This document shows, piece after piece, positions 40,170 through 49,438 of a stretch of 64,000 nucleotides of DNA. A program made the position numbers and the translations under genes. A model generated the notes under the pieces. That model worked only from the letters and a program-made list of their open reading frames with translations. It was not told the DNA's origin and ran no database searches. Positions within the stretch are counted from its first letter, which is position 1; the number at the start of each line of letters is the position of its first letter. Source of the stretch: an uncultured Clostridia bacterium. Its GTDB lineage: Bacteria; Bacillota; Clostridia; Christensenellales; UBA1242. The stretch covers positions 6,309 to 70,308 of the forward strand of contig CAKVMI010000002.1 of NCBI GenBank assembly GCA_934772525.1, written 5' to 3'.

Positions 40170-41552
40170 TTATTCAATCCACGTAGTTTCCTTTATTTTT
40201 TCTTGTAAAGATGCTTCTTCTTGCTTTAATTTTTCAACTTCTTTCCCTATTGATTTATCCAAAAGTCCTTCTTCCTTCATCTTTTCAAGCATTTTTATAG
40301 CGGTTCTTCTAGCGTCAACTTCGTCTGCATTTTTGGCGTATTCCAAATAGTTTTTAGCACCTAACATATCGGTATTGTTGCGTTCTTCGTTGGTTCGTGA
40401 CTCGTTTTGAATGGTGTGGTGTGCTTCGTGCAGTGCCGTTTGCATAAGTCTTAATGGAAATCTTGGGTCTTTACTATCTTTAAATTTATTTAAACCTTTA
40501 TTTATAACATCTTCATTAAAAACAACGGTATTAGTACTTGGATAGTTTGCACCATAAGTTACTTTGCCATTTTCTTCGCAAGGTAAAAATTGTCCAGCTG
40601 ATACAAGTGGTGGGGTAGCATTGCATTGTCTACAATACTCTGAAGTCAAATTGTTTAGCAAATTAATTATATCGTTTTTGTCTAAACTGTAAAAATTATC
40701 CGGTTTAAATTGCTCCGCTATAGTAGAGTAACCCATTTTATTAAATGACACAATTGGGTCAATTCTCTTTGCTTTGTTCCCGCTAAGTCTATTATTTACA
40801 CCCAAAAACTTTTGAATACCATCATAGGCTTGCATTCTTTTATATACATCTGCATTCATTTTAGGAGATACCAGTCCAACAACTCCAGTTGCGGTTCTTC
40901 CGCCACCACCGCCAATAAATGCACGTGTGGCTTTGTTTGATGGGTTAGACTTTAAAAACTTTATTAAAACCATTGCTTCTGCCATTAATGGTTTTAGTCG
41001 CTTTTGTTCTAACTTCTTTTGGTCCCAAAGTTGTTTTACATAAAAGACATATTGCTTTACATACTCACGCAATTTTTTAGCGAACTCTTTATTTGCTGCA
41101 AGAAGTATTGCTCCAAAAGTCATACATTCTTCGTCGGTTTCTAACTTTATGCCGTATTGATTAAAATATTCGTCGGCAATAAACTTAAAAAAGTTTATAA
41201 ATAGAAATGTTTTTTGTTCATCATCCATTTTATCAAAGTCAAGATTACTAAGTTTGCCGAATTTTTTTAATTGCTTTTTGTATAAGTTGAACTTGCTTAC
41301 ATCTATTTGATTTCCGCTTAGTATGGAATTATCTGATGTATTAGCCGAAAAACCTTCGGTAATTTTTGATAAATCAACGGCTGGAGCGTCATCACCTTGC
41401 AAACTTCTAACACTTTCTTCGGTTCCTTCATTAAAAACGGAAATAGATTGCTCATTCGGCATAAAAGAAATGCTATTTTGATTGTTTGGTTTATTGTATT
41501 CGGTAAAATCTTTAAAGTCATTTTGAAATTCATTAAATAAATTATCTGTCAT
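40170..41552 (-). CDS. Hypothetical protein; disordered N-rich N-terminus, Gly run, C-terminal HExxH (LHEAHHTIQ) zincin-like region
   Basis: 460 aa; SD AAAGGAAAA. HEAHHxxQ is reminiscent of DUF4157-type HExxHxxQ motifs (from memory). Confidence 0.5.
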   Translation of the reverse strand: MTDNLFNEFQNDFKDFTEYNKPNNQNSISFMPNEQSISVFNEGTEESVRSLQGDDAPAVDLSKITEGFSANTSDNSILSGNQIDVSKFNLYKKQLKKFGKLSNLDFDKMDDEQKTFLFINFFKFIADEYFNQYGIKLETDEECMTFGAILLAANKEFAKKLREYVKQYVFYVKQLWDQKKLEQKRLKPLMAEAMVLIKFLKSNPSNKATRAFIGGGGGRTATGVVGLVSPKMNADVYKRMQAYDGIQKFLGVNNRLSGNKAKRIDPIVSFNKMGYSTIAEQFKPDNFYSLDKNDIINLLNNLTSEYCRQCNATPPLVSAGQFLPCEENGKVTYGANYPSTNTVVFNEDVINKGLNKFKDSKDPRFPLRLMQTALHEAHHTIQNESRTNEERNNTDMLGAKNYLEYAKNADEVDARRTAIKMLEKMKEEGLLDKSIGKEVEKLKQEEASLQEKIKETTWIE

Positions 41553-41658
41553 ATTTTTTCCTTTAGTTGTTTAACTACATTTTATTATATCACATTTTAT
41601 ATTGTTTATCAAGTAAACAAATAAAAACAGCCACCAATTAAATAGTGACTGCATTAAT

Positions 41659-43632
41659 TTATGCGTGGAACTTTTTAGATTTATATAGCACTTCATAAAT
41701 TATAGTATGTAATGGGATATAGCAGGTACATATTGCTGGAAGCAACCACATGTAATGGTTATAGTCTTTTTGTGCAAAACTATAAAGCCCAAATGGAATG
41801 TTAACTGCATAAACAATTACAAGTGCTTGAATAAAGAATAACAACGAAAAGATAATTGCAATTTTAAAATTAAACTTAGCCTTAACTTTCTTCGTTTTGT
41901 TTAAACAGAAAATAGTTGTAAATACTGCTGGAATACAAGTCAGTACCACAGCAAATATCCAAAAGTAGAACCCTGCTGGCACGGCAGAAGAAATATAATT
42001 AAAGTCTACCAAATTGAATGATTGTGCAATTAAAAATCCCGTAATTAATAGTGCAAGTGTTATAGCATACGCTATCCAACTAGTTACACATTTAATTTTA
42101 TTACACCAGATATAATTTTTTGCTATTTTTGGTTCTTTTGGTCTTCGAACATATTCGGTAACAATAATACCCCTTTTGCCAAGATTGTCTTCTAGTGTAT
42201 CATAAGAAGAAGTAGATTCTTGCAATTTCTCGCTAGGTGTTGCTTGTTCAAAATTAGTAGACCCATAGCTAGATAAAGTGTTTAGCAAAGTTTTACTTTC
42301 GTTATCGGTAAATTGAGGAGTAAACTTTCGCTTGTTGTCGGTAAATAGTGATGCCGTTGCGTTTTCGTCTTTGCCGTATGGGTTGTAATAGGTTTCGTCT
42401 AAATTGTCATTTTCATTATTATAATCGTAATAGTGGTCAGTTTCTGCAACTGGCATATCTTCGTTTATGCTTGGTGAGTCGTAATTTTCTTTTACAATCA
42501 AATCGGTAGAATCGCTATATTCAGGATCTTTTTCTAACTCATAATTAAAGTTTTTATTATCGTCACCTTTTAGGGTAAAACCTTTATTCCAATAACTTAA
42601 ATCATTAATGTTAGATTCAGATTCATCAGTGCCAAAATTCAAATTAGACGAGTTGTCACTTTCATTAGTTGTGGTAGAAGAATAATAGTCTTCAGCGGTA
42701 GAGTATCCATTAGTGTCGCTAAAATTATAATGGTTGCTATCATCATTTTTTTCGTTAGAATAGTTATCATAATTGTTAGTATATGCGGTAGAATCAGCGT
42801 TTTCGGTAGTATCGGTTTCGTTATAATTATTTGTGGCTACATTTTCTTCAGCTTCGCTTTCACTATCTTCATTTAATAACTTGTCAAATGTACTAGAAGA
42901 AAAGTAATTTGGCATTGTGTGAGTGCCAATTTCTTCGGTAGAATCTTCGTGCTCAATATCTTTTACGCTATTAAAAAACGATGCTCCGTTAGACTTAAAG
43001 TTTTTGATATTAAACTTTGTTTGACCATTGGTTGTATTACCAACTTTAATTCCTTCAAGATTGTCAGTAGGTTGATTGTTAGAATCTACATTGGCATTTT
43101 CACTTTCTTTTTTGTTTTCTGGCTCAACACTATCAATGTAACTATCTATTAGTTTTTCGGTTTGAACTTGATTGCCGCTATTTGAAAGTGGGGTGGCGTT
43201 ATTATTCTCATTTTCTATCTCGACTTCACTATTAGTAGTTTCGGTATTAGTTGACACCCGCTTTGGAGCAACTAAATTATAATCTTTATCTTCGTATGCA
43301 GGAATTTCATTAGATATTAAATTATCTATAATTCCACGAGAAGATAACCATTCGTTCATATTATCGGTGTATTCTTTTCGACCTTGCTCGGTAAGTTTGT
43401 AGTAGTGACGCCTTCCGCCAATTTCGGAGTTTACCCAATATGCCGAAATAAAGCCTTGACCCTCCAATCGTTTTAAACAACTATAAAGAGTAGGTTGTTT
43501 TAATTCATAAGTGCCATTGCTTTTTGTTTCAATTTCTTTTATTATTTCATAGCCATATTTGTCACCATCTGCCAATGTCTTTAAAATGATGGTGTCAACA
43601 TGTCCTCTAATTAAGTCTGAATCTATTGACAT
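41659..43632 (-). CDS. PadR-family winged-helix regulator fused to a ~380-aa N/D/S/T/Y-rich low-complexity linker and a C-terminal multi-TM domain
   Basis: N-terminus RGHVDTIILKTLADGDKYGYEI...LKQPTLYSCLKRLEGQGFI..RRHYYKLTEQG is PadR. Four or five hydrophobic helices in the last ~150 aa. SD AGGAG. Confidence 0.75.
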   Translation of the reverse strand: MSIDSDLIRGHVDTIILKTLADGDKYGYEIIKEIETKSNGTYELKQPTLYSCLKRLEGQGFISAYWVNSEIGGRRHYYKLTEQGRKEYTDNMNEWLSSRGIIDNLISNEIPAYEDKDYNLVAPKRVSTNTETTNSEVEIENENNNATPLSNSGNQVQTEKLIDSYIDSVEPENKKESENANVDSNNQPTDNLEGIKVGNTTNGQTKFNIKNFKSNGASFFNSVKDIEHEDSTEEIGTHTMPNYFSSSTFDKLLNEDSESEAEENVATNNYNETDTTENADSTAYTNNYDNYSNEKNDDSNHYNFSDTNGYSTAEDYYSSTTTNESDNSSNLNFGTDESESNINDLSYWNKGFTLKGDDNKNFNYELEKDPEYSDSTDLIVKENYDSPSINEDMPVAETDHYYDYNNENDNLDETYYNPYGKDENATASLFTDNKRKFTPQFTDNESKTLLNTLSSYGSTNFEQATPSEKLQESTSSYDTLEDNLGKRGIIVTEYVRRPKEPKIAKNYIWCNKIKCVTSWIAYAITLALLITGFLIAQSFNLVDFNYISSAVPAGFYFWIFAVVLTCIPAVFTTIFCLNKTKKVKAKFNFKIAIIFSLLFFIQALVIVYAVNIPFGLYSFAQKDYNHYMWLLPAICTCYIPLHTIIYEVLYKSKKFHA

Positions 43633-43773
43633 GAAAAACTCCTAAAATTCAATTAATTACTCAATATCATTATAACTTTTTTTATTAAAATTTGTCAAAT
43701 AAAAACTACAATTGTGATGTATTTTATATTTTCTTTGACAACTGAATGTAATTCAATTATACTATAATATGAA

Positions 43774-44445
43774 ATGATAGAACCAAAGGAAATTACTCGT
43801 TCAAATAGAAAAACGTTGGCACTTACAATTAATCGTTCGGGGGAGCTTATTGTAAGGGCTCCCTTTAATTTGCCCGATTACGAAATATTTAAGTTCATAG
43901 AAGAAAAAGATGCTTGGATTAAATCTCGAATCAATAAAATACGTAACAAAAGCGTAAATAATCCCGATTTGGTTTCATATCAAGCCTTTTTACTATTTGG
44001 CAAAATGTATCAAGTCGTCGTATCAAAAACTGCAAAGTCGGTTCAGTTTGTGGGAGACGTATGTATTGTTCCAAGTGGTCTTTCAACTGCTGAAATGGTT
44101 CGTAAAGCAATATTAACTTACAAACGCCTTGCAAACAAGTGGCTACTTAAACGCACCGAAGAAATATCAAGTGTAACTGGTTTAAAATTTAACTCATTTA
44201 AAATTTCTGACACTAAGGGTAGGTGGGGTGCTTGCACCAGTAAAAAAGAGATTAACCTAAATTTTAGGGTGGTGTGTTTGGCACCTCCTCTAATAGATTA
44301 TATAATTGTACACGAACTTTCACACACCAAAGAAATGAATCATAGTGCTAAATTTTGGACAATTGTAGAAAGCATTTTGCCGGATTACAAAAAAAGACGC
44401 AAGGCAGTAAAAGACCTTAACATCCTTTTTGAAATATATAGATAA
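43774..44445 (+). CDS. DUF45/YgjP-type (M48-like) metal-dependent hydrolase
   Basis: IIVHELSHTKEMNHSAKFW hallmark (HExxHxxxxNH..FW). Confidence 0.85.
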   Translation: MIEPKEITRSNRKTLALTINRSGELIVRAPFNLPDYEIFKFIEEKDAWIKSRINKIRNKSVNNPDLVSYQAFLLFGKMYQVVVSKTAKSVQFVGDVCIVPSGLSTAEMVRKAILTYKRLANKWLLKRTEEISSVTGLKFNSFKISDTKGRWGACTSKKEINLNFRVVCLAPPLIDYIIVHELSHTKEMNHSAKFWTIVESILPDYKKRRKAVKDLNILFEIYR

Positions 44446-44509
44446 TGAAATGAAACTATCTGGTTACCGAAAATTTTATTATTAGTTTACTCTTTGAGAT
44501 TCTGTCTTG

Positions 44510-44660
44510 TGATGTTGCTTCCCAAAAGTATTAACTCTCAAATCAATTTGCAGATATAAAATTCGTTTAATTAACGCCATCACAGTTTGAATAACTTTCA
44601 GGTGCTGAAAATATGCCACTTTATGTCGCCTGACTAAAACTTCCAATAATATAAATTATA
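44510..44660. repeat. Noncoding repeat element, copy B (see 1011-1165)
   Basis: Aligned by eye to copy A, same orientation. Lies between convergent DUF45 and GT4 genes and ends at the GT4 stop codon. Confidence 0.7.
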
Positions 44661-45845
44661 TTAATTCGTTTTTGTGTTATTAATTAGATTTATGTACTTT
44701 TCGTACACAATTTTTGCAAGCCTATCAAAGGTAATGTAAATATCTTTATAGCAGTTTTCTCGTACTCTTTCGTATAATTGGTCATTACTGAAAATTTTAA
44801 TGATTTCATCCGCAAATGGAATTGGTTCAGCCTTTGCAGAAAAGCCATTTACATCTTTAATTATAGCACTTCCAGCAACGCTACCTTCAGCAAAAAGCGT
44901 TGGTAAATTAAATGCCGCCGCCTCAATTCTTACAATGCCGTCGGTATCGTAAAAAGAAGGGAATACATGTAGGTCTGCCGATGCAAAATATTTACACTTT
45001 TCGTTAGTGTCTACGACTTTTCCAACAAATACACAGTTGTTTTCTATTCCGAGTTTGTGAGTTTTACTTACAAAATAGCCCATATCCGAGCCATCACCAA
45101 TAATTAAAAGTTTGTACTTAAAGTTTTTATCTGTTAGAACCTTACAACTTGAAAGGGTCAAATCAATATTTTTAAGTTTGTTAATTCGTCCAATGCTTAA
45201 AAGTATTTTTTCATCATTTTTAATATTGTATTTTGCACGAATTTCCTTTTTAAAACCTTCAATTTCATTAGCAGTATAATTATTCACCAAATTGGTAGCA
45301 TTTGTAATTATATCTATAGGAATTTTCACCCCATACTCTCTAGCAACTTTTACACACGCATGGTTCATAGTCCATAATACATCACATTTGTTAAATACCT
45401 TAACTATAGATTTTAAAAGCATTTTAGTAATTAAATTGTTGTGCGTTGCCTTATAAAAATCTTGCTTATATTGACTATGCATAGTTGCAATTACTGGTAT
45501 ATTATGCTTTTTTCCATATGAAGATGCCATTTTGCCAATACCAAAAGGTGAATGAATGTGGATTATATCTAAGTTAGCATCTTTTATTGCCTTTTTAAAT
45601 TTACTTCCAAATTTTGGGGTAGGTAGATCATAATCAAAAAAAGGAATCCGCATACTTTTGCTTCTAACAACCTTATAAGGTAGGGTGCTGTCATCAAAAT
45701 CCCCTTTTGTGGTTGGTGCAAACACTGTAACATTCGCAAATTTAGATAGGTTTCTAGCATAATTATCTACAACCATTATAACGCCGTCTACCATGGGGTA
45801 AAATGTGTCTATAAATAGACCAATGTTTAATTTTTTTTCTTCCAT
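44661..45845 (-). CDS. Glycosyltransferase family 4 (GT-B; glycolipid synthase-like)
   Basis: N-terminal FxDTFxPxVDGV, C-terminal E(x7)E-type region ..RIEAAAFNLPTLFAEGS. Confidence 0.8.
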   Translation of the reverse strand: MEEKKLNIGLFIDTFYPMVDGVIMVVDNYARNLSKFANVTVFAPTTKGDFDDSTLPYKVVRSKSMRIPFFDYDLPTPKFGSKFKKAIKDANLDIIHIHSPFGIGKMASSYGKKHNIPVIATMHSQYKQDFYKATHNNLITKMLLKSIVKVFNKCDVLWTMNHACVKVAREYGVKIPIDIITNATNLVNNYTANEIEGFKKEIRAKYNIKNDEKILLSIGRINKLKNIDLTLSSCKVLTDKNFKYKLLIIGDGSDMGYFVSKTHKLGIENNCVFVGKVVDTNEKCKYFASADLHVFPSFYDTDGIVRIEAAAFNLPTLFAEGSVAGSAIIKDVNGFSAKAEPIPFADEIIKIFSNDQLYERVRENCYKDIYITFDRLAKIVYEKYINLINNTKTN

Positions 45846-46002
45846 ATATTGTATCTCACTTACTTTTACTATTAAAGTATATCATAATTTGTACACATTT
45901 ACAAATAAAATAGTTGTTGTAATATTGTATTATAAAGACAAACCTATAAATAATAATACAATATTTTCACATTTTGTGTCAAAATAAGTCAAATTTTTAT
46001 AC

Positions 46003-46031
46003 TTGACAAATTTTAATTGTTGTGGTATTAT
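46003..46031 (+). promoter_or_regulatory. Promoter of the three-small-gene operon
   Basis: TTGACA-17 nt-TGgTATTAT, about 120 nt upstream of the first ATG. Confidence 0.6.
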
Positions 46032-46151
46032 CTTAGTCCCCTAAAATTTGGGTGAGTTTTTAAATATATTTTTACATAAATAGATATAATTTTTGTTTAA
46101 TAATCATATTTTATTCTAAGCAATTAAATTAATAATTTTTTAGGAGTAAAT

Positions 46152-46442
46152 ATGAATAAAAAGCGACTGAAACAAAAATTAAAAGAAGTTAATGAACAAA
46201 TTGACACGACGAATGTTTTTATTAAAAGATGTATGGTTATTTATTATAGGCCAATAGAATATGATCCCGACACAAGGATGTGCTTTCCTGATGAAAGAAT
46301 GAGAAATTATGCGTGGGCTAGTGCCGAGAATATGATAAAAATACGTGCCGAATATATGCAAAAAGCGGAACGAATTAAAGAACTTATCCGAAAGGAAGAA
46401 GAGAGGGAAAAACAAGAAAAGCACCAACAAAACGATATGTAG
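46152..46442 (+). CDS. Small charged helical protein, unknown function
   Basis: 96 aa; SD AGGAG; Lys/Glu-rich predicted coiled coil at both ends. Confidence 0.55.
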   Translation: MNKKRLKQKLKEVNEQIDTTNVFIKRCMVIYYRPIEYDPDTRMCFPDERMRNYAWASAENMIKIRAEYMQKAERIKELIRKEEEREKQEKHQQNDM

Positions 46443-46499
46443 TATTTAGTTCTAAAATACACAATAGTCTAAAATTGATGTAAATTAATAGGAGTAAAA

Positions 46500-46790
46500 A
46501 TGGTAAATATAATGACAAAAGATGATAAAAATAATACTATGGAATATTTTAATTATCTTCAATTAAAACTAGAAAACATTAAAAGTCAAATGAAAGATAG
46601 TTTAATTGATATTTCAGCAATGACAGGCGTTAAGGGCTTTGAAGATGTAGTAGAAAGTATTAAAAATAATTTACGTTCATTAAAGTCAGAAAAAAGTCGT
46701 ATTGAAGCCGAAAAAACAGCCGTGGCAAATTCTATAATAGAACGAACATTGAATGATTTGCTTGAAAACTTTAGCGAAGACGAAAAGTAA
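46500..46790 (+). CDS. Small helical protein, unknown function
   Basis: 96 aa; SD AGGAG; heptad-like Leu/Ile spacing. Confidence 0.55.
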   Translation: MVNIMTKDDKNNTMEYFNYLQLKLENIKSQMKDSLIDISAMTGVKGFEDVVESIKNNLRSLKSEKSRIEAEKTAVANSIIERTLNDLLENFSEDEK

Positions 46791-46830
46791 TAGAGAACAA
46801 AAATATTTGACCAATTTAAAGGAGAACAAG

Positions 46831-47100
46831 ATGGTAAAATCAGAAGGTTTTTTAGTTAAACCAGATGGTCAGTTAAAAATGTTAAGAAAAAATATTGAAA
46901 GAATAGATGTAACTATAAAACGCCAAAGAGCGTTTTTAGAAATAGCCAGTGAAAAGAATAATGTAGATTTAAATAGACTTACTTCATTAGAAATGGCATT
47001 AAAATATTTTGAGTCATGCAAATCAAAATACGAACTAGAATTAAAACGCTTAACCGGAAATGCAATTGACCAAGAAAACGCAGAATCAGAAAACTGCTAA
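46831..47100 (+). CDS. Small helical protein, unknown function
   Basis: Start moved to ATG 46831 (AAAGGAGA 7 nt upstream); 89 aa. Confidence 0.55.
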   Translation: MVKSEGFLVKPDGQLKMLRKNIERIDVTIKRQRAFLEIASEKNNVDLNRLTSLEMALKYFESCKSKYELELKRLTGNAIDQENAESENC

Positions 47101-47270
47101 TATGTAAATAAGTGCACATTAGTTAAAAGTGTATATATACTTATTAAAATAGAGAATATGCTTATTTGAATCATTAACTAGCATTACAAACTTCTATCAT
47201 AATTTCAAAGTGATGGATGGTAGTGATTCAATATGCAAAATTATGAATTATTTGATTTCTAATAAAAGTA

Positions 47271-47332
47271 AAGGGACTACAATGAAGAACCCCCACGGGG
47301 TTCACTTCACAACAACTGTAGTTCCTTTTTTA
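47271..47332 (+). terminator. Long compound hairpin plus T6 (terminator or stable 3' element), 170 nt after the operon's last stop
   Basis: Outer 11-bp stem AAGGGACTACA / TGTAGTTCCTT. Inner helices TGAAG/CTTCA and AACCCC/GGGGTT. Then TTTTTT. Confidence 0.7.
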
Positions 47333-47497
47333 TGAACATAATATCATAATAAATAAAATTTAGATTAATTGTAAATGTAAAACAAATATATGGTTAAATT
47401 TATAGTTTGCATTTGACATTAACCTTTTTTCTAATCATTTGTTGCTTGCAACAGCTCATTGTCTAGTCGAAACAAAACTAACCAATGTTTTATTTGA

Positions 47498-47526
47498 TTG
47501 CAAATTAATTAGATTTGAGCTATAAT
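47498..47526 (+). promoter_or_regulatory. Promoter of the hydrolase-kinase pair
   Basis: TTGCAA-17 nt-TATAAT. Confidence 0.6.
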
Positions 47527-47599
47527 GAGTTTAACCAGATTTAATTCTTTGCCGATATTATATTTTTGGCTTATAAATTTAAGACAAAGGAGGCGAGTT

Positions 47600-48451
47600 A
47601 TGTTTAATAAAGCTGAGTACAAAATTAAATTAATTCAAAGAGAAGGAATTGAATTGAAAGGTTATTATTGCGAAAATAATAAAGATTCTTGCGTAGTATG
47701 TTTTGCGGGGCTTGGTGGAACTTGTGATAGTGTGTTTTGTGAAATAGCAGATGAAGTTATAAATAGCGGACTGAGTTTTTTGTTTGGAAATACTCAAGCA
47801 AGTTATATAATTAAAGAATTAAAACAAAAACTAAATGATGGTTCAAAACAACTAATAGTACGTGGCGGAGCATATGAAAACTATGACGAAACTATTAAGG
47901 ATATGATTGAATGGGTCGAATATATTTGCAATAAAGGATATAAGCATATATATCTAGTGGGAGCAAGTCTAGCTTGTAATAGATTAGTCAGTTTATTAAA
48001 CACAAAACAATTTTCAAGTGTAAACAAATTGGTTTTAATTTGTCCTCAAGATATGGAAGCTCAAGTAGACTATCAAATGCTAACTGAAGCAAAGGAAAAC
48101 ATCTCGAATTTTAAGGGTGATGAACTTCTTACACAAAAAGTGTTTGGATATTGCGAAAGTTGCGGAAGAACTTATTGTGATTTATTTACACGCAAAGATA
48201 TTAATAATCTTGCTTATTTATCAAAAGATGCAAACTTTGATATGTTCTCAAAAATTAATATCCCTATATTATCGGTTATAGGCGAATGTGACCAAGGTTT
48301 AAGCTATTCAAATTTATCAGCAGAAGAAGCGATGAAAATATTGCAACAACACAATTCTAAATTGCAGTATAAAATAATTAAAAATGCACGGCACTCATTT
48401 AAAAACTATGAAAAAGAATTGGCAAAGTGTGTTGTGCAATTTGTTAAATAA
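47600..48451 (+). CDS. Alpha/beta hydrolase fold protein
   Basis: Start moved to ATG 47600 (AAGGAGG upstream); the ORF-track start lies inside the promoter. Nucleophile elbow LVGASLA, later D and H candidates. Confidence 0.6.
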   Translation: MFNKAEYKIKLIQREGIELKGYYCENNKDSCVVCFAGLGGTCDSVFCEIADEVINSGLSFLFGNTQASYIIKELKQKLNDGSKQLIVRGGAYENYDETIKDMIEWVEYICNKGYKHIYLVGASLACNRLVSLLNTKQFSSVNKLVLICPQDMEAQVDYQMLTEAKENISNFKGDELLTQKVFGYCESCGRTYCDLFTRKDINNLAYLSKDANFDMFSKINIPILSVIGECDQGLSYSNLSAEEAMKILQQHNSKLQYKIIKNARHSFKNYEKELAKCVVQFVK

Positions 48452-48466
48452 GTTGGGGGGTATTAA

Positions 48467-49030
48467 ATGAAAAATGTATATATTGGCGGGGTGCCACGTG
48501 CAGGTAAATCTACACTCGCACAAATGCTTTATCATAAATTAAACTATAGTGTGTTTGAACTTGATACTGTCGTACATAGTTTTACTAAGATATTTCCAGA
48601 ATTAGGAATTAGTGAGAAGAAAAAAGAAGATTTGGACAAAAATTTTGCTCCATTTGCTTACGAAATGTTAAAGTGTTGTGATAAGGATAGGAAGTATGGT
48701 AATATAAAAGTTGTTATCAATGGTTTTCAGCTTTCGCCAGATACTATTTCTAAATTTTCTAAAGTAGAAGATATGATTGTCATATTCTTAGGTATGTCGG
48801 ATGTAACAAAGGAAGAACTGCTTGCAAATATAAAAAGTACCCAGGAAGAAGGCGATTGGACATTAAAATATACGGATGAACAAATGCTAAAGACTTGTCA
48901 GAAATTAATCGACAGGAGTATAAATATAAAGAAACAATGTGAACAATATGGGTTTATGTATTATGATACATCAACTGATAGAGAAAAAACGTTAAATGAA
49001 ATTGTAGATTTATTGCAAAAGATTAATTAA
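48467..49030 (+). CDS. P-loop NTPase / small-molecule kinase-like protein
   Basis: Walker A GGVPRAGKST at the N-terminus; 187 aa. Confidence 0.55.
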   Translation: MKNVYIGGVPRAGKSTLAQMLYHKLNYSVFELDTVVHSFTKIFPELGISEKKKEDLDKNFAPFAYEMLKCCDKDRKYGNIKVVINGFQLSPDTISKFSKVEDMIVIFLGMSDVTKEELLANIKSTQEEGDWTLKYTDEQMLKTCQKLIDRSINIKKQCEQYGFMYYDTSTDREKTLNEIVDLLQKIN

Positions 49031-49193
49031 AATTATGACAGTACGAATTTTATGATTGTATAAACCATTCTAAATTCAAATGAACAAATTAGAATAATAA
49101 ATAATATGCATTTTATATAATCATAGTAGTTATAATTGCATTAACCACATCCCTTATGAAACTAATTTTATTATTAAAAAAAACAGTAGTAAA

Positions 49194-49226
49194 CAAAAAA
49201 AAAGAAAAGTCAATTTGACTTTTCTC
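49194..49226 (-). terminator. Terminator of tRNA-Lys(CTT)
   Basis: GAAAAGTCAA / TTGACTTTTC stem. The A-run on plus is a U-run on minus. Confidence 0.8.
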
Positions 49227-49236
49227 TTTGTTTAGT

Positions 49237-49312
49237 TGGTGGGCCATCGGGGACTCGAACCCCGGACAAACAGATTAAGAGTCTGCTGCTCTACCAACTG
49301 AGCTAATGGCCC
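49237..49312 (-). tRNA. tRNA-Lys (CTT)
   Basis: GGGCCATTAGCTCAG..; anticodon loop CTCTTAA; encoded CCA. Confidence 0.95.
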
Positions 49313-49342
49313 AAAAGATATTTAACTGAATTAACAAAAGAT

Positions 49343-49370
49343 ATTATAACACATTATTTCTAAAATGCAA
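49343..49370 (-). promoter_or_regulatory. Promoter of tRNA-Lys(CTT)
   Basis: Minus strand TTGCAT-16 nt-TGtTATAAT. Confidence 0.5.
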
Positions 49371-49438
49371 CAATTTTTTTGAAATTTTTAAAAATTTGTG
49401 ATATAATTTTATTAATATTTGTAATTTTGGAGTAAAAA

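Noticed and set aside
38548-49236. tRNA-bounded 10.7-kb stretch as an integrated genomic island or prophage remnant
   Set aside because: No integrase, transposase or phage genes are present. I could find no duplication of a tRNA 3' end as an att site. Base composition looks like the rest of the window. It is still flagged as accessory-looking in the findings.
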